64,000 nt of DNA from Mobula birostris (lineage: Eukaryota): contig NC_092370.1 of NCBI RefSeq assembly GCF_030028105.1, forward strand, positions 75,008,098 through 75,072,097, read 5' to 3'. A program made the position numbers and the translations under genes. Below the pieces are notes generated by a model. That model searched no databases. It was not told the DNA's origin and was given only the letters and a program-made list of their open reading frames with translations. Of the stretch, positions 13,093-26,100 are shown in pieces; positions within the stretch are counted from its first letter, which is position 1; each line of letters starts with the position of its first letter.

Positions 13093-13202
13093 CACTCAGC
13101 AGCATCCTGAACATTGAGGATCCCAGCCTGGAGAGCAGCCTGCACCTGCCTCTCCTCAAAGCCCATTTCGTACAGGGTAAGGAATAGGTCATTGATGGTT
13201 TG
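13093..13202 (-). CDS. UBA-UBX domain protein, exon 2 (UBA domain: QTINDLFLTLYEMGFEERQVQAALQAGILNVQDAAEW)
   Basis: TTTCAG acceptor, GTGAGT donor; UBA hallmarks MGF loop and AAEWLL; 110 nt, phase 0->2. Confidence 0.9.
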
Positions 13203-13889
13203 CTGAAACACAACCCACATTATTACAAAAATGTCTTGCGTACCGCACTGTCTTCTGTTCCCAGCTAGAGAGGGGGTGTAAGGGAATTACACTTTTGGCC
13301 AAAGCAAATAGAGACCTTAGCTGTGTGTGTGTGTGTGTGGGGGGGGAGAGAGAATGTGCAGGGCAGAAAAGAGGACAGGCAGGAGGAGGCAAGGGAGGGG
13401 TGGGGTTGATGGGAAGGAGTTGCTCAGACAGTAGCCAAAATCTAGCCATAACATTTCTCCTCACATCACCTCCACCTGATCCAGTCATCACTACCACCAC
13501 TCTCCCCCTCATTTCCATGCCATCCCTTTTGTACCCATTCACTTCAGCCAAACTCTGACTGACCTCCCACCCCACTGGCAGTCTCATCACCCCCAAAATC
13601 AACATCACCCACCAGTCCTTCCAACTCTGACACTCCCAGCCCTACCCCCAATCCATCCCCACTCTCACGCCAAACCTGACCCTCAACCCCCATCCCATCC
13701 CAAACCCCGTCCTCTGCCTTACCCTCACCCCAACCGAACCAAACCTAACCTAACTTCACCCACCTCACCCTACCCCCTGGAGCGTCTAGGTTGCCTCTCT
13801 CCAGGCCGATGAGGCCTACCCTAGCTCTAATTAGGGTACAAGGTGGAGACAGTTTTGGCTGGGGTGGCCAGACTGAATCCTAGCCCCCA

Positions 13890-14500
13890 CTTTCCGCCTT
13901 CCACTCACTGTTGCCCCGTTCTCCATGTCACTATCGTCAAGCTGCGCGTCGCTGTTTCTCACACAAACATTGTCAGGCCTCAAACTCATCCATCACCGCC
14001 CACGCCGATGATTATCAGTGAAACTACCCCGCCCATCCGTCAGTGACGACCGCCCCTCTCAGCTCCGGTGCTGACTCCGCCCCCCAACTGTCCATCACCA
14101 CCGTGAGCCCGCCCCCAAGCCAATCCCCGGCGTCGAGGCGGATCCGTCCATCAAGACCAATTGACCCTCGCCAATTACACAAACCTGTTCCGCCCAACCG
14201 TCTCAGCGTTGACACCGCCCATCGAGCCGTTCCGATCCACCCCAAAATCCGGCGTCGAGCTGCCAACTAGCGCCGACCTATACAGTTTATGTCCAGTCAC
14301 CAGTGTCAACTCGCCTTATGTCCAATTACTGCCAGCTGCCTCGCCCTCCGCCTTTGCACGCTGGTGATTCTACCGCTCTTGACGAGTTGTCAATCAATCA
14401 GTGACAGCCGGTGATTATCCCGCCTTCTGCAGAGTGCACTTCAGCTCGGAAGCGTAGTATTGTGGGAAGCGGGTCGCCACCTTGTGGGGAGAGAACCTGA
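13890..14500. promoter_or_regulatory. CpG-island promoter of the UBA-UBX gene
   Basis: Sharp CpG enrichment against CpG-poor flanks; about 7 CCGCCC GC boxes, several CCAAT boxes (~14120-14175), CGGAAG ETS-type site at ~14447; directly upstream of exon 1. Confidence 0.75.
13909..13926 (-). CDS. UBA-UBX domain protein, coding exon 1 (MENGAT)
   Basis: GAC-ATG-G Kozak context inside the CpG island; 6 codons, then a canonical GTGAGT donor; phase 0 matches exon 2. Confidence 0.75.
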
Positions 14501-14911
14501 GGTAAAATTGCTGCAGATACTGGGAATCCGAAACGAAAACGTTAACTATTAGCTGGTCAGTCAATATCTGAATAGAGAGGAACAGAAAAACCTTATGAAA
14601 AGCATTCAACACACTGCCACTAAATGGTGAAAGAGATCTGCAGAGTTTCTCTTTTTTTGTAATAGAAATCCTGTCAGGAGGGGCAGGATTTCAAGGTTGG
14701 CATTGAAGGGTAACCAAAGTGAAAAGGTTCCATGGCCACGTATGTTGACTTTGTTTTTCTTTCCATAGATGATACCTGACCCGCCAAATGTTTCTGGCAA
14801 TCTGAATCAGAATCAAGTTTATTGACATGAAAATTGTTATTTTGTAGTAAGAGTGCATAGGCAATAAATTACAAAATTAATAAATATAGCAAAAACAAAA
14901 TGAGTTTCATT

Positions 14912-15890
14912 CAGAATAGAGAATTCCAAATGTTCACTACTTTCTGCCTGAGGGAACATCTCAATTCAGTCCTAATTGGCTAGCCCCTTCTGTTGAGATC
15001 CACGGTGTCATACTCATAATTCTTAGACAGAAGACTGTGGATTTAGCTCTTACTCTTCAATCTTGCACTAAGGATTCAGCAAAACATAGATCATTCAGAA
15101 ATCTGATGGCAGAGGGGAAGGAGCTGCTCCTGAATCATTGAGAATGGGTCTTCAGGTTCCTGTATTTCCTCCCTGATAGTAGTAATGACAAGAGGGCATG
15201 TCCTGGATGGTGAGGGTCCATAGTGATGGAAGCTGCCTTCTTCAAGTGCCACTTGACACTTGACCCTGGCTGTAGGCTTCATTTATTTGTCCAACAGCAT
15301 CCCCAAGCTCACCCTTCTTGTGCCCAGAGGAACACGACTAACTGAAAGTTTCCCTTCAATCCCTGCAGCATCACAAATTGGAGATATATCTCCATTACTG
15401 CTGATCTAAATCATGGAACTCCCTCCCCAGCAACACTGAGGGAGTGCCTTCACCAGGAGAGCAGCAGATCAAGGAAGTGGCTCACCCCACAATTTTGCAA
15501 GAAAGACTTGAGCTAGGTTAAAGGTTCAGTTCGAGTCCCATGATTCAAGGAGAATATCTGACCTTGTAGAAGGTTCTTGGGGAGAATTTTCCTAGAATGA
15601 TCCCATTTGGGGGACTTTAGTTGTGGCAGAAAGCAAGAATATTCTTCCCGAAGTTGAAGAGCTTAATACTTATTGAGTTGTACTCTCCCCTGTCATTGCA
15701 CAGACTTGAGAATAAAATGTTTTGTGAATTGCTCACTGCAGGATTGAAGAGTAAGAGCTAAATCCACAGTCCTGTCTAAGAGTTATGAGTATGACACAGT
15801 GGATCTCGACAGAAGGAGCTGGCCTTTTAGGACTGAATTGAGATGTTCCTTCAGGCAGAAAGTAGAGAACATTTGGAATTCTCTAATCTG
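14912..15890. repeat. Inverted repeat with ~160-bp arms (14912-15072 and 15732-15890) and a ~660-bp spacer
   Basis: Hand alignment of the reverse complement, roughly 90% identical. Confidence 0.88.
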
Positions 15891-16039
15891 GAGGGCTGTG
15901 AAAGATCACCCACCAGTTTCATTCAAAAGACAGAAACATTCCTGGGCATTAAAGGAACTAAGACATACGGAGATAATGCTGGAAATTGGTGTTTTGCTTT
16001 CAAATTTATTGTCATGGACACACATGAAGCTATCTGTTA

Positions 16040-16590
16040 GTCAGGGTTGATCATGGCTATTTCATCCGAGCTGTCTATGTATATGCAAGCCAGGGCAGTA
16101 GGATATGGAGAGCAAGCTGTTGCCCACACAACAAGCTCTCCCTCTCCACACAGCTGATAAATCCAAAGGAATGGCAGAGACAGATACAGTTTGCACCAGT
16201 TGCATCACAGGAGTTGCCAGGCAGCGTTGAACTCAACATAGGACTGCCTTAGGGACTCCAGCTTTGGATTTTTCCCTAGGGGTTTATCCCTGAAGCCTTC
16301 CCCACGACTGGGCAAGGCCACAAGGCAGAAGAGGTTTGAGATCAGAATTTTCCTTCTAGATGAACTGCCAAACATGGCTGTTGAACCCCATCTGCCTGAA
16401 ACCAGTAACCCACCTTTGCCCCTTCTGTCAGTAGGTACAGTTCTGCTGGGCTAGGTAGCTAAGCCACACATTGAAGGCCAGGAGCTGGACTTGATTGTCA
16501 GAAGCTTTTTGAGACCCGTACCATTGGGAGCATTTAAAAGGAAGTGGGAGCCTATCTCCACTACTTCCTCTGGCTTTGGCAGTCTTAAGG
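16040..16590 (-). mobile_element. Probable RTE-derived non-autonomous element
   Basis: Minus strand GGCAGATGGGG..CAGCC..GGCAGTTCATCTAGAAGGAAAA resembles RTE 5' sequences (from memory); no ORF. Confidence 0.4.
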
Positions 16591-18074
16591 AACCTGGACA
16601 CACATACCCTGGCCTTGTAAAGTAGCTTTTATGCAGCAGCAGCATTTACCTAACAATCATAAATTAATATAAACTTAAATTAACTTGAATTATACATAAT
16701 TTACACAGTGAACTGAAATAAACACAATGACATTGCTAAAACAGTCATAGTCTTATTGAATGGTGGAGCAGGATCAGTGGGCCAAATGACTTAATCCCAC
16801 TCCTTTTTCTTATGTTCTTATCTGCACCACTTTTTGCCAGATTAAAGAGCTGCACTATCTGCTCTCTCAACAAGACTTAAAAAAACCATGACCATTTGTG
16901 AAACAAAGTGGGTGGTGTCTTCCTGTTCTTTTTGCCTGCTATTCATCTGGAAACTAATATCAGTTCAAGGTAAATGGGTTTCACAGAATCATAGAATATT
17001 TACAGCAGAAGGAAGCCACTTTCCTGTCAAGTCTCTACTAGATCTAAATAAGGGTAATGTTGCCAGTTCTACTTCCCACCTTTTTCCTTCAGATACTTAT
17101 CCAGTTCTTTAAATATCACACTTGGATCAACTTCTACTACTTCCTCATCAATATATTCCACTGTATATCAATTCATTGTTTTAGAACATTTTTCTTCATA
17201 TAATTCTTATTGTTTTGCCTCATCTTTATTATGTGGAAACCAAAAACCTCCTGATGAGAAACTGAAATAACAACACAAATATGCAGGAAACACTCCATGA
17301 GCATCCACGGACAGAGAAACAGAGTTAATGTTTCAGGTCAAAGACCCTTTTTCCAAACAAACTCCTTTATTGAGGATATATTGAACAAGCCGTGTTTACA
17401 TCAGACCAGAATACACTTCTGAGCTATGCTATGCAAAGAGATTGCAGGGTGGACAGAGAAAAAAAATTCAAGTATATGCCTAAAGCCATCGTGAAGAAAT
17501 GCAATATCCTCACTGACTCGTGGGTCTACCTGGCCCATGATCACCTAAAGTGGACGAGTATTCATGATGACACACAGAACCTTGAGGCCTTTCATTAGGA
17601 AGAACTCACCACCTGATAAAATACCAACCCACTGGATCTGTGGAAGTGCTTAGAGATCCCTTTGGTCTCACCACCTCAAAACTCACTGAATCAACTGGCA
17701 GTAAGTCATCCTAAATTCTGAGACACTGCCTAAAAATTTAAAAAGTTACTGTAGCAATGGAAATTTGTTGTTCTTCCTTTCTTCCCATTATAAACAAAGT
17801 AACTCATTAGTCCTGGATTAATGGGATTCAGTGCCCCTCTCCATTTAATGAATGCTGGGCTTTCAAGGAAGATGACTCCCAAATAAAAAGAGTGCTTTAT
17901 AAAGTTTCCCTTGGGATGTAGGCACGATTACGGTAACCAAAAGCATAATGCTGGAATCTGGAGCAAAAAAACAACTTGCTGGAGGAAATCATCAGTCAGG
18001 CAGGCAGCATTCGAGGAGACAGAAGGACAGTTGACATTTTTGGTCAAAACCCTGCATCAGGACCGAGGAGAATT

Positions 18075-18370
18075 AGGGCGGCACTATTGTGTAACATTTT
18101 CTAGTGCTTGCGATCAGGGTTCAATTCCTGCCACTGTCTGTAAGGAGTTTGAAAATTCTCCCTATGACTGTGTGGGTGTCCTCCAAGTGCTCCAGTTTCC
18201 TCCTACATTCCAAAGGTGTTTGGGTTAGTAAACTGTGGACATGTTAGGCATTGGAATCATGGTGACACCTGCAGGTTGCCCCCAGCACATCTTTGGACTG
18301 CATTGATTGTTTACGCAAACACATTTCACTATGTTTTGATGTTTTGCTGTACATGTGATAAATAAAGCTA
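18075..18370 (+). mobile_element. tRNA-derived SINE (HE1/V-SINE-like); related copies on the minus strand at ~24100-24320 and ~26780-26900
   Basis: B-box GGTTCAATTCC; core TGTGTGGGT..CTCC..GTGCTCCAGTTTCCTCC.ACATTCCAAAG; AATAAA tail. Confidence 0.7.
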
Positions 18371-18859
18371 ATTTTTAAGCTAATAACTACACTTTGTGCT
18401 GTAAGGGAAGTGGCAGACAAAATCTGGAGTCAAATGTTGATCCAGAAGGACTAGCTTTTTTTCATTCCTGAGATTGAACCAAGTCAAGTTTTCTTGGCCA
18501 TTTAGTCAGACTTCCAAATTTACTGAATTCAATTTCAAACTTCTTGTGTTGGGATCTGCAGCCACTCTGAGTGCAGAGCAGGAACAAAGGACTATTGCTT
18601 CCCTTAAGAGGCAGAAATATCATGTCCTTAGACCAATTTTCAGTAACTGACTGTCTGCTTCACCTGAGCTGGCACTCTTCCCTATAAGGAGTGGAATGCA
18701 GTTTACCTGTTGCTGACTCAGAGCCTGAATCCTGCCACTCAATGAGCCAATCATTCACTATCACAAACCTGCAGTCAAGCAACAGCCAACCAATTAGACA
18801 GGGAGAGTATCAGGCTGGAGGGGGTGAGAGAAGGAGTTGTTTAGTGGGTCACAGTGATG

Positions 18860-19420
18860 GGAATGGTTTAAGGACAGGAGAGAGGTACAGAGATTGGGAG
18901 GGGGTTAGGGGTTGGAGAGAGGGAGGAGTGTAGGGGATATAGGGGCAGGAAGGAGTTACAGAAAGAAGAGCTATGAGGGTTGGAGGGGTTAGAGAGGGAA
19001 GAGTGCAGAAACTAGAGAGGAAATAGCAATAGGCAGAGGAGAAGTGTAGGGTCTAGAGGTGGTCACAGAGACAGGGAGCAGTGCAGGGCTGGATGAATTA
19101 CAGAGAAAGAGGAGTGTAGTGGTTGGAGGGGTTGGGGCAAGGGAGGATATATAGAAATAGGGTAAAGAGGCAGGGGATCACAGAGGGAGGTGTATAGGGC
19201 TGGAGGGATTAGAGAGGAGGTGTAAAAACAAGGGAGGCTACAGAAACGGAGGGGCATAGGAACAGGATTGGGTTAGAGGAGGGTGTAGGGGCTGGATGGG
19301 GGTTACAGAGACAGGAAGAGGTATAGGGGCTGGATGGGATTATAGAGGTATGGGGGCTGGAGGGAGTTACAGAAACTGGGAGAGGTGTAGGGCCTGGTGG
19401 CGTTATAGATGTAGGGATGT
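18860..19420 (+). repeat. Degenerate purine-rich tandem repeat (unit like GTAGGGGCTGGAGGG..TTACAGAGA..GGAG, ~30-35 bp)
   Basis: Recurring motifs and strong G/A strand bias. Confidence 0.8.
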
Positions 19421-20304
19421 CTGAGAACTTGAAGTGTTTTGAAAACAGGGAAGCAAATTCTAAAATAGCATATGTCAGTCTTCAAAATACTGTCAGATTT
19501 TCTTCTCAGGAAAGCACTGTGGCCAGTAAGGCTCAGCCCCTCGGGTGGTAGCAGGAGTAGGTAATGTTGGCACTGGACATATCTTGAACAAGAGTTTTCC
19601 AGTTCTCCAAGGGTTAAACCCTGCACAAGTTGCTGGTTTGAAAAGTACAGAGTCTTTGCCTTATTTGGTAAATAACCTGCAAAGACTGCTTGAGCCACAC
19701 CTTAACCGTTAAGGGGGCTGAGCAAGCCTGGAACTGCCTATGAGTGAGATCTTCCTGTCAGAGTGAATCATCAGGGCAAGGCAGCAATTAAACAGGATGT
19801 GGTCTTCACATTGCATTGTGCCACAGGTTTGCACACTAGCCCACTGAACCATTTGTCACAGCTTCTTCCGGGATGTGGGTGTCAGTGACAGGGCTGTCAT
19901 TCATGCTTTTCTCTAGTTACCCAGGAGAAGGAGTTGAGCTACCTTAAGGAACAGTTAGTAATAATAGCTCTCTAGGTTACTTCCAAGTAACTTTAGTCCC
20001 ATATCGAGTTCTGCTAGTTCAGTTGTTTAACCTCCCTTACATCTTTTGCAGGAGACATTAGCTCTGATCATATTGAATGATAAAGCAGGTTTAAGGAGCT
20101 CCTCCTATTTTCTTATATCCTAATTCAGTCTCTCTATCACCACTCCCCCATTTCTTCTACTGAAGGATCACCAATCCTCTCCTTTCACATTTTCCTTCCG
20201 TTTTATCACTCATCTAACAGGATCACCGACCCTCGACCATGCTTTTCTTTCTTCTACCCACACCCTCAAGTCCTGATGATGCTGCATGACCTGCTGAGAT
20301 CTTC

Positions 20305-20840
20305 CAACATTTCAGAGGATCTGTCCTGGACCCAGTACATAAGTGCAACTACGAAGAATGCATGGCAGCACCTCTACTTCCTTAGAAGTTTGCAAATATT
20401 TGACATGTCATCTAAAACTTTGACAAACTTCTATAGCTATGTGGTGGAGAGTTTATTGACTGGCCTGGTATGGAAACATCAATGCTTTTGAATGGAAAAT
20501 CCTGCAAAAAAGTAATGGATATGGCCCAGTCCATCATGGTTAAAGCCTTCCCCACCATTGAGCACATCTACTCAGAGTGCTGACACAGGAAAGCAGCATC
20601 CATCATCAAGGACCCCCCCCCCCCCCACCCGCCACCACCCAGGCTATGTTCTCTTACTGCTGCCATCACGAAGAAGGTACCGGAGTATCAGGACCCACAC
20701 CAAGTTCAGGAACCGTTATTACCCTTGAGACATCATGCTCTTGAACCAGAGGGGATAACTTCACTCAGCTTCACTTGCCCCGTCACTGATCTGTTGTACA
20801 TGGTGACATTTATATATCGATAATAAATTTACTTTGAACT
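20305..20840 (+). mobile_element. Rex1/Babar LINE 3' fragment; similar decayed pieces at ~15085-15245(-), 25160-25870(-), 43465-44190(-), 54395-55230(+), 57316-57690(+) and 61715-62075(+)
   Basis: ISEDLSWTQYI..QHLYFLRSL..TNFYSYVVESLLTG; elsewhere GRRYRSLRTHTTKFRNSYYP. Confidence 0.75.
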
Positions 20841-21140
20841 TTATGTCTGTTGTTCCCTCAGTACCTCAGTTGTGTTGTTGATACACGCATGTTTATTAGC
20901 TACAGGATGATATTGATCAGCGGGTAAATGGATGAAGCAATGACAGATGGAATTTAAAGCCTTAAGAACTGTGAAGTGGTGCACTTCAGGACTAATAAGG
21001 GTAGTACTTATCAAGTATTAAGAAACAGGAAGATCTCAGTGTACAAGTCAAAGAATCCTGCAGATGGCAGCACAGTAGATAAAGTGATGAACAAGGTACA
21101 CAGGATTCATTAGACAGGGCATGGAATAAAGGTGCAGTGA

Positions 21141-23135
21141 GACAATAGACAATAGGTGCAGGCGTAGGCCATTCAGCCCTTCGAGCCAGCACCGCCATTC
21201 ACTGTGATCATGGCTGATCATCCACAATCAGTATCCACTTCCTGCCTTATCCCCATAACCCTTGATTCCGCTATCTTTAAGAGCTCTATCCATTTCTGTC
21301 TTGAAAGCATCCAGAGACTTAGCCTCCACAGCCTTCTGGGGCAGAGCATTCCATATATCCACCACTCTCTGGGTGAAAAAGTTTTTCCTCAACTCCGTTC
21401 TAAATGGCCTACACCTTATTCTTAAACTGTGGCCTCTGGTTCTGGACTCACCCATCAGCGGGAACATGCTTCCTGCCTCCAGCGTGTCCAATCCCTTAAT
21501 AATCTTATATGTTTCAATAAGATCCCCTCTCGGCCTTCTAAATTCCAAAGTATACAAGCCCAGTCGCTCCAATCTTTCGACATATGACAGTCCCACCATT
21601 CCGGGAATTAACCTTGTGAACCTACTCTGCACTCCCTCAATAGCAAGAATGTCCTTCCTCAAATTTGGAGATCAAAACTGCACACAGTACTCCTAGTGTG
21701 GTCTCACCAGGGCGCTGTACAGCTGCAGAAGGACCTCTTTGCTCTTATACTCAATTCCCCTTGTTATGAAGGTCAGCATGCCATTAGCTTTCTTCACTGC
21801 CTGCTGTACTTGCACACTTGCTTTCAGTGACTGATGTACAAGAACACCTAGATCTCTTTGTGCTTCCCCTTTTCCTAACTTGATTCCATTTAGATAATAA
21901 TCTGCCTTCCTGTTCTTACCACCAAAGTGGATAACCTCACATTTACCCACACTAAACTGCATCTGCCCACTCACCCAGCCTGTCCAAGTCACCCTGCATT
22001 CTCATAACATCCTCCTCACATTTCACCCAGCTTTGTGTAATCAGCAAATTTGCTAATGTTACTTTTAATTCCCTCATCTAAGTCATTAATATATATTGTA
22101 AACAGCTGCGGTCCCAGCACTGAACCCTGCGGTACCCCACTGGTCACCGCCTGCCATTCCAAAAGGGACCCGTTAATCGCTACTCTTTGTTTTCTGTCAG
22201 CCAGCCTATTTTCAATCCATGTCAGTACTCTGCCCCCAATACCATGTGCCCTAATTTTGCCAACTAATCTCCTAAATGGGACTTTATCAAAGGCTTTCTG
22301 AAAGTCCAGGTACACTACATCCACTGGCTCTCCCTTGTCCATTTTCATAGTTCCATCCTCAAAAAATTCCATTAGATTAGTCAGGCACAATTTCCCCTTC
22401 GTAAATCCATGCTGACTCGGACCGATCCTGTTACTGCTATCCAGATGTGTCGTAATTTCATCTTTTATAATTGACTCCAGCATCTTTCCCACCACCGACG
22501 TCAGGGTAACTGGTCTATAATTCCCTGTTTTCTCTCTTCCTCCCTTCTTGAAGAGAGGGATAACATTAGCCACTCTCCAATCCACAGGAACTGATCCTGA
22601 ATCTATAGAACATTGGAAAATGATGACCAATGCGTCCATGATTTCTAAAGCCACCTCCTTAAGTACCCTGGGATGCAGACCATCAGGTCCCGGTGATTTA
22701 CCAGCCTTCAGACCCAACAGCCTATCCAACACCATTTCCTGCCTAATATAAATTTCCTTCAATTCATCCATTACCCTAGGTCCTTTGGCCACTATTACAT
22801 CTGGGAGATTGTTTGTGTCTTCCCTAGTGAAGACAGATCCAAAGTACCTGTTTAATTCGTCTGCCATTTCCTTGTTCCCCATAGTAAATGCACCTGCTTC
22901 TGTCTTCAAGGGCCCAATTTTGGTCCTAACTATTTTTTTTTCCTTTTCACATACCTAAAGAAGCTTTTACTATCTTCCTTTATATTCTTGGCTAGTTTAC
23001 CTTTGTACCTCATTTTTTCTCCGCATATTGCCTTTTTAGTTACCTTCTGTTGCTCTTTAAAAGTTTCCCAATCCTCCGGCTTCCCACTCATCTTTGCTAT
23101 GTTATACTTCTTCTCTTTTATTTTCATACTGTCCA
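21141..23135 (-). mobile_element. CR1 LINE, relatively young, 5'-truncated
   Basis: ORFs 22016..22909 ([34 protein letters not shown]), 21693..21992 and 21228..21662; short repeat 3' tail. Confidence 0.92.
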
Positions 23136-26100
23136 TTAGATGCCTACCATTCAGTTTTTCAACAGTCAGATCATGTTGATAACCTTTGTAATGTATCCAG
23201 GTATCCCACCCCAAGTGAGATGTATTCTCAGAAGCTGATGATACAAAGTCAAGTGGCAGTGCAAGTTGCAAGGAAATTAGAAAATTGGTTGATTATTGCC
23301 CCAGATACTATGGTACAATGAAAAACCCTTGTTTTGCATGGCATTCATGCAGATAACTTCATCACATTGACATCTCGAGGGGGTACAAGGAAAAACCGAT
23401 TAGAACATGTTGTTACAGTTATAGGGAAAGTGAAGCAACGGCAGAAAATATGGTGCAAGGCCATGGTGAGGTAAATAGTGAATGCAGAACAAGGGGGACA
23501 AAGACATGCCAAGTGAAAGGGCAAAGTGCGCTATCATTCACCATGGCTGAATGCAATACAGAAAGCCATTGCATTTTTTTTTAAATGGCAAGGGAAAGGA
23601 TTTAGAGTTCAGAGACACCCAGGACTTTGTACACAAATCACTGAAAGTTAATGTACAGCTACAACAAGTAATTAGGAAGTTTAAAAGTGCAATGGCCTTT
23701 ATTACAAGAGGATTTGAGTTCAGGAGTAAAGATATCATACTGCAATTAGACAGAGCCCTGGTGAGATGGCACTCTCTAGACCAAAATAAAAAATCAACTC
23801 AAGAAAGAGGGAAAGGAACAAAGAATCACCGGGTTGGTTTGTGGGAGGAGGGTTTGTCCAATGAGCAATAACTGCACTGACCAAGGTTGCAGTTCAGAAG
23901 AATTATCAACATATACAAAATTCTTACATGGCATCATGGTGTGATGAGGAGCTGATGAACCTCCTGACTGTGGGATTGTGGAAACAGTCTCAAAAATAGG
24001 GATTGGTCTTTCAAGACTGAGGAGTCCAATGATCTACGCTTCGTCACAATGTTATGATCTAAGAATACATCCGACTCCTCATGTTCACTGGTGTTCATTT
24101 ATTTGGCTTATTTGGAATACACCATGGTAACAGACCCTTCCGGTCTCACAAGCCGTTGCTGCCAGTTACATCTATGTGACTAATTAACCTACTAACCTTT
24201 GGAATGTGGAGAAACCGGAGCACCCAGAGGAAATGCACGCGATCACAGGGAGGACATTCAAATTCAGCACAGACAGCGCCCGGAATTGAACCCTGGTCAC
24301 TGGCACTGTAAGGTGTAATTCTAACCTCATCTCCATTTCTCCAGATCTCGCTGATTTGTAACACTGCTTGTCTGGAATCCAATACTGGATGGAGGAGAAA
24401 TCTCACTAAATATCAAGAAGATTGAAGCTGCTGCAATGATCAGTAAGTTAAAAAAATCCAAGAGACAGTTCCTCCCAAAGTTGCCCGAACAGTTCACAAG
24501 CTAGGAATGTGGCTGCCCGGCTGTATAATTCAATAAATACATAGGCCAAAATGTAGCTAAATCAGGGCATTTAGCTCTACCATTCTGACTTCTCAGCAAG
24601 ATGTGACAATGTTGCTGCAAACCAGGCAGAAGATGCCAGCAGCCGACAAACCCATTCTGTCTGTTTCCCAAACACTCGTTCATATGTATTCAACAAGCAC
24701 AAGTTGGGTGCTCCAAACCCGTTTAGGATCTGTATTAGCAGATGGTCGGTGTTGACTATGTTAGCACTGCAGAGTACAACAAATATCCTATTAGAGTAGA
24801 TGAAATTATTCTAAAGCTAAAGAAAAACTTGTTGGTCCAGCACTGTCTCAAATATTTCATAATTACAAGTTTAGTGCTTGTAACTTGTCGGTATACAGAC
24901 TCACTTTCAAGGACTCTACATGCTCTCAGCATTATTGATTTCTATTTGCACAATTTGTCTATTTTTGTACATTGGTTGGATAAGATGCAATTTGATAAGG
25001 CATTGGTTAGGTCACAAGAACTGTGTACAGTTCCATTTGCCATACTATAGTAAGGATATGATTATACTGGAGAAGGTGCAGAGGAGATTGACCAGGAAGA
25101 ATGTTGTCAGAGATGGAGCATTTCAGTTATGGGGAGAGACTGAAGAGTCTAGGTTCCATGATGTGCTGAGCTGTATCCAGAACTCTGCAGTTTCTTGTGG
25201 TCATGAGCAGAGCAGTTACCATACAAAGCCATTATGCATCTAGATAGGATGCTTTCTATGGTGCATTGATAAAAATTGGTAAGGGCCAACAGGAACATTT
25301 CAAATTTCTTTAGCATCCTGAGGAACTAAAAGAATTGGTGAGCTTTCTTGGCAGTGACATCAACATGGTTCAACCAGGACAGGTTATTAGTGATATTTCA
25401 CTCCTCAGAAATTGGAACTCTAAACCTCAACACCATTGTTGGAGACAGAAGTATGTGCACTGCCCCTTCTTAAAGTCAATGACCAGCTTTTTAGTTTTGC
25501 TGACATTGAGGGCAGGCTTGTTATCATGACACCATGTCATTAAGCTCCCTATCTCCTTCCTGTACTCCATCTCATCGTTTTTGAGATACACACTACTACA
25601 GTGGTATCATTTGCAAACTTGTAGGTAGCGTTAAGGTAGAATCTAGCCACACAGCCATGAGTGTACAGGACTGAGGACACAGCCTTGTAGAGCATCAGTG
25701 TTGAATAATCGTGATGGAGGTGTTGCTGCCGATCCTTACTGATTGTAAGGAAGTCAGGAAGTCAAGCATTCAGTTGTAGAGGGAAGTGTTGACTGACAGG
25801 GTCTGGAGCTTGGGTACTGAGCTTGCTTGAAATTACAGTATTGAAGGCAGAGCTGTAGTCAATAAACATAATTTTTAACCAACATGAAAATCAGGATTGT
25901 AGGGATCGTTACAAGAAGCAAAAGACAGTAGGAACTTCTTCCTGTACAAATGTCTAAAACTAGACTCTAGGGTCATGGGTAAGAAGTTTAGAGGGGATCT
26001 GAGTAAGAACTTTCTTTATGCACAGGATGTTTGGAAACTGGAATTCACTGCCTTTGTAGTAGGTAGAGACAGGCACTCCAACAACGATATACTGTATAAT

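Noticed and set aside
13560-13780. Interstitial telomeric repeat
   Set aside because: C-rich low-complexity sequence without tandem CCCTAA arrays
14024-14367. GC-rich ORFs in the CpG island
   Set aside because: Expected from low stop-codon frequency; no homology recognised
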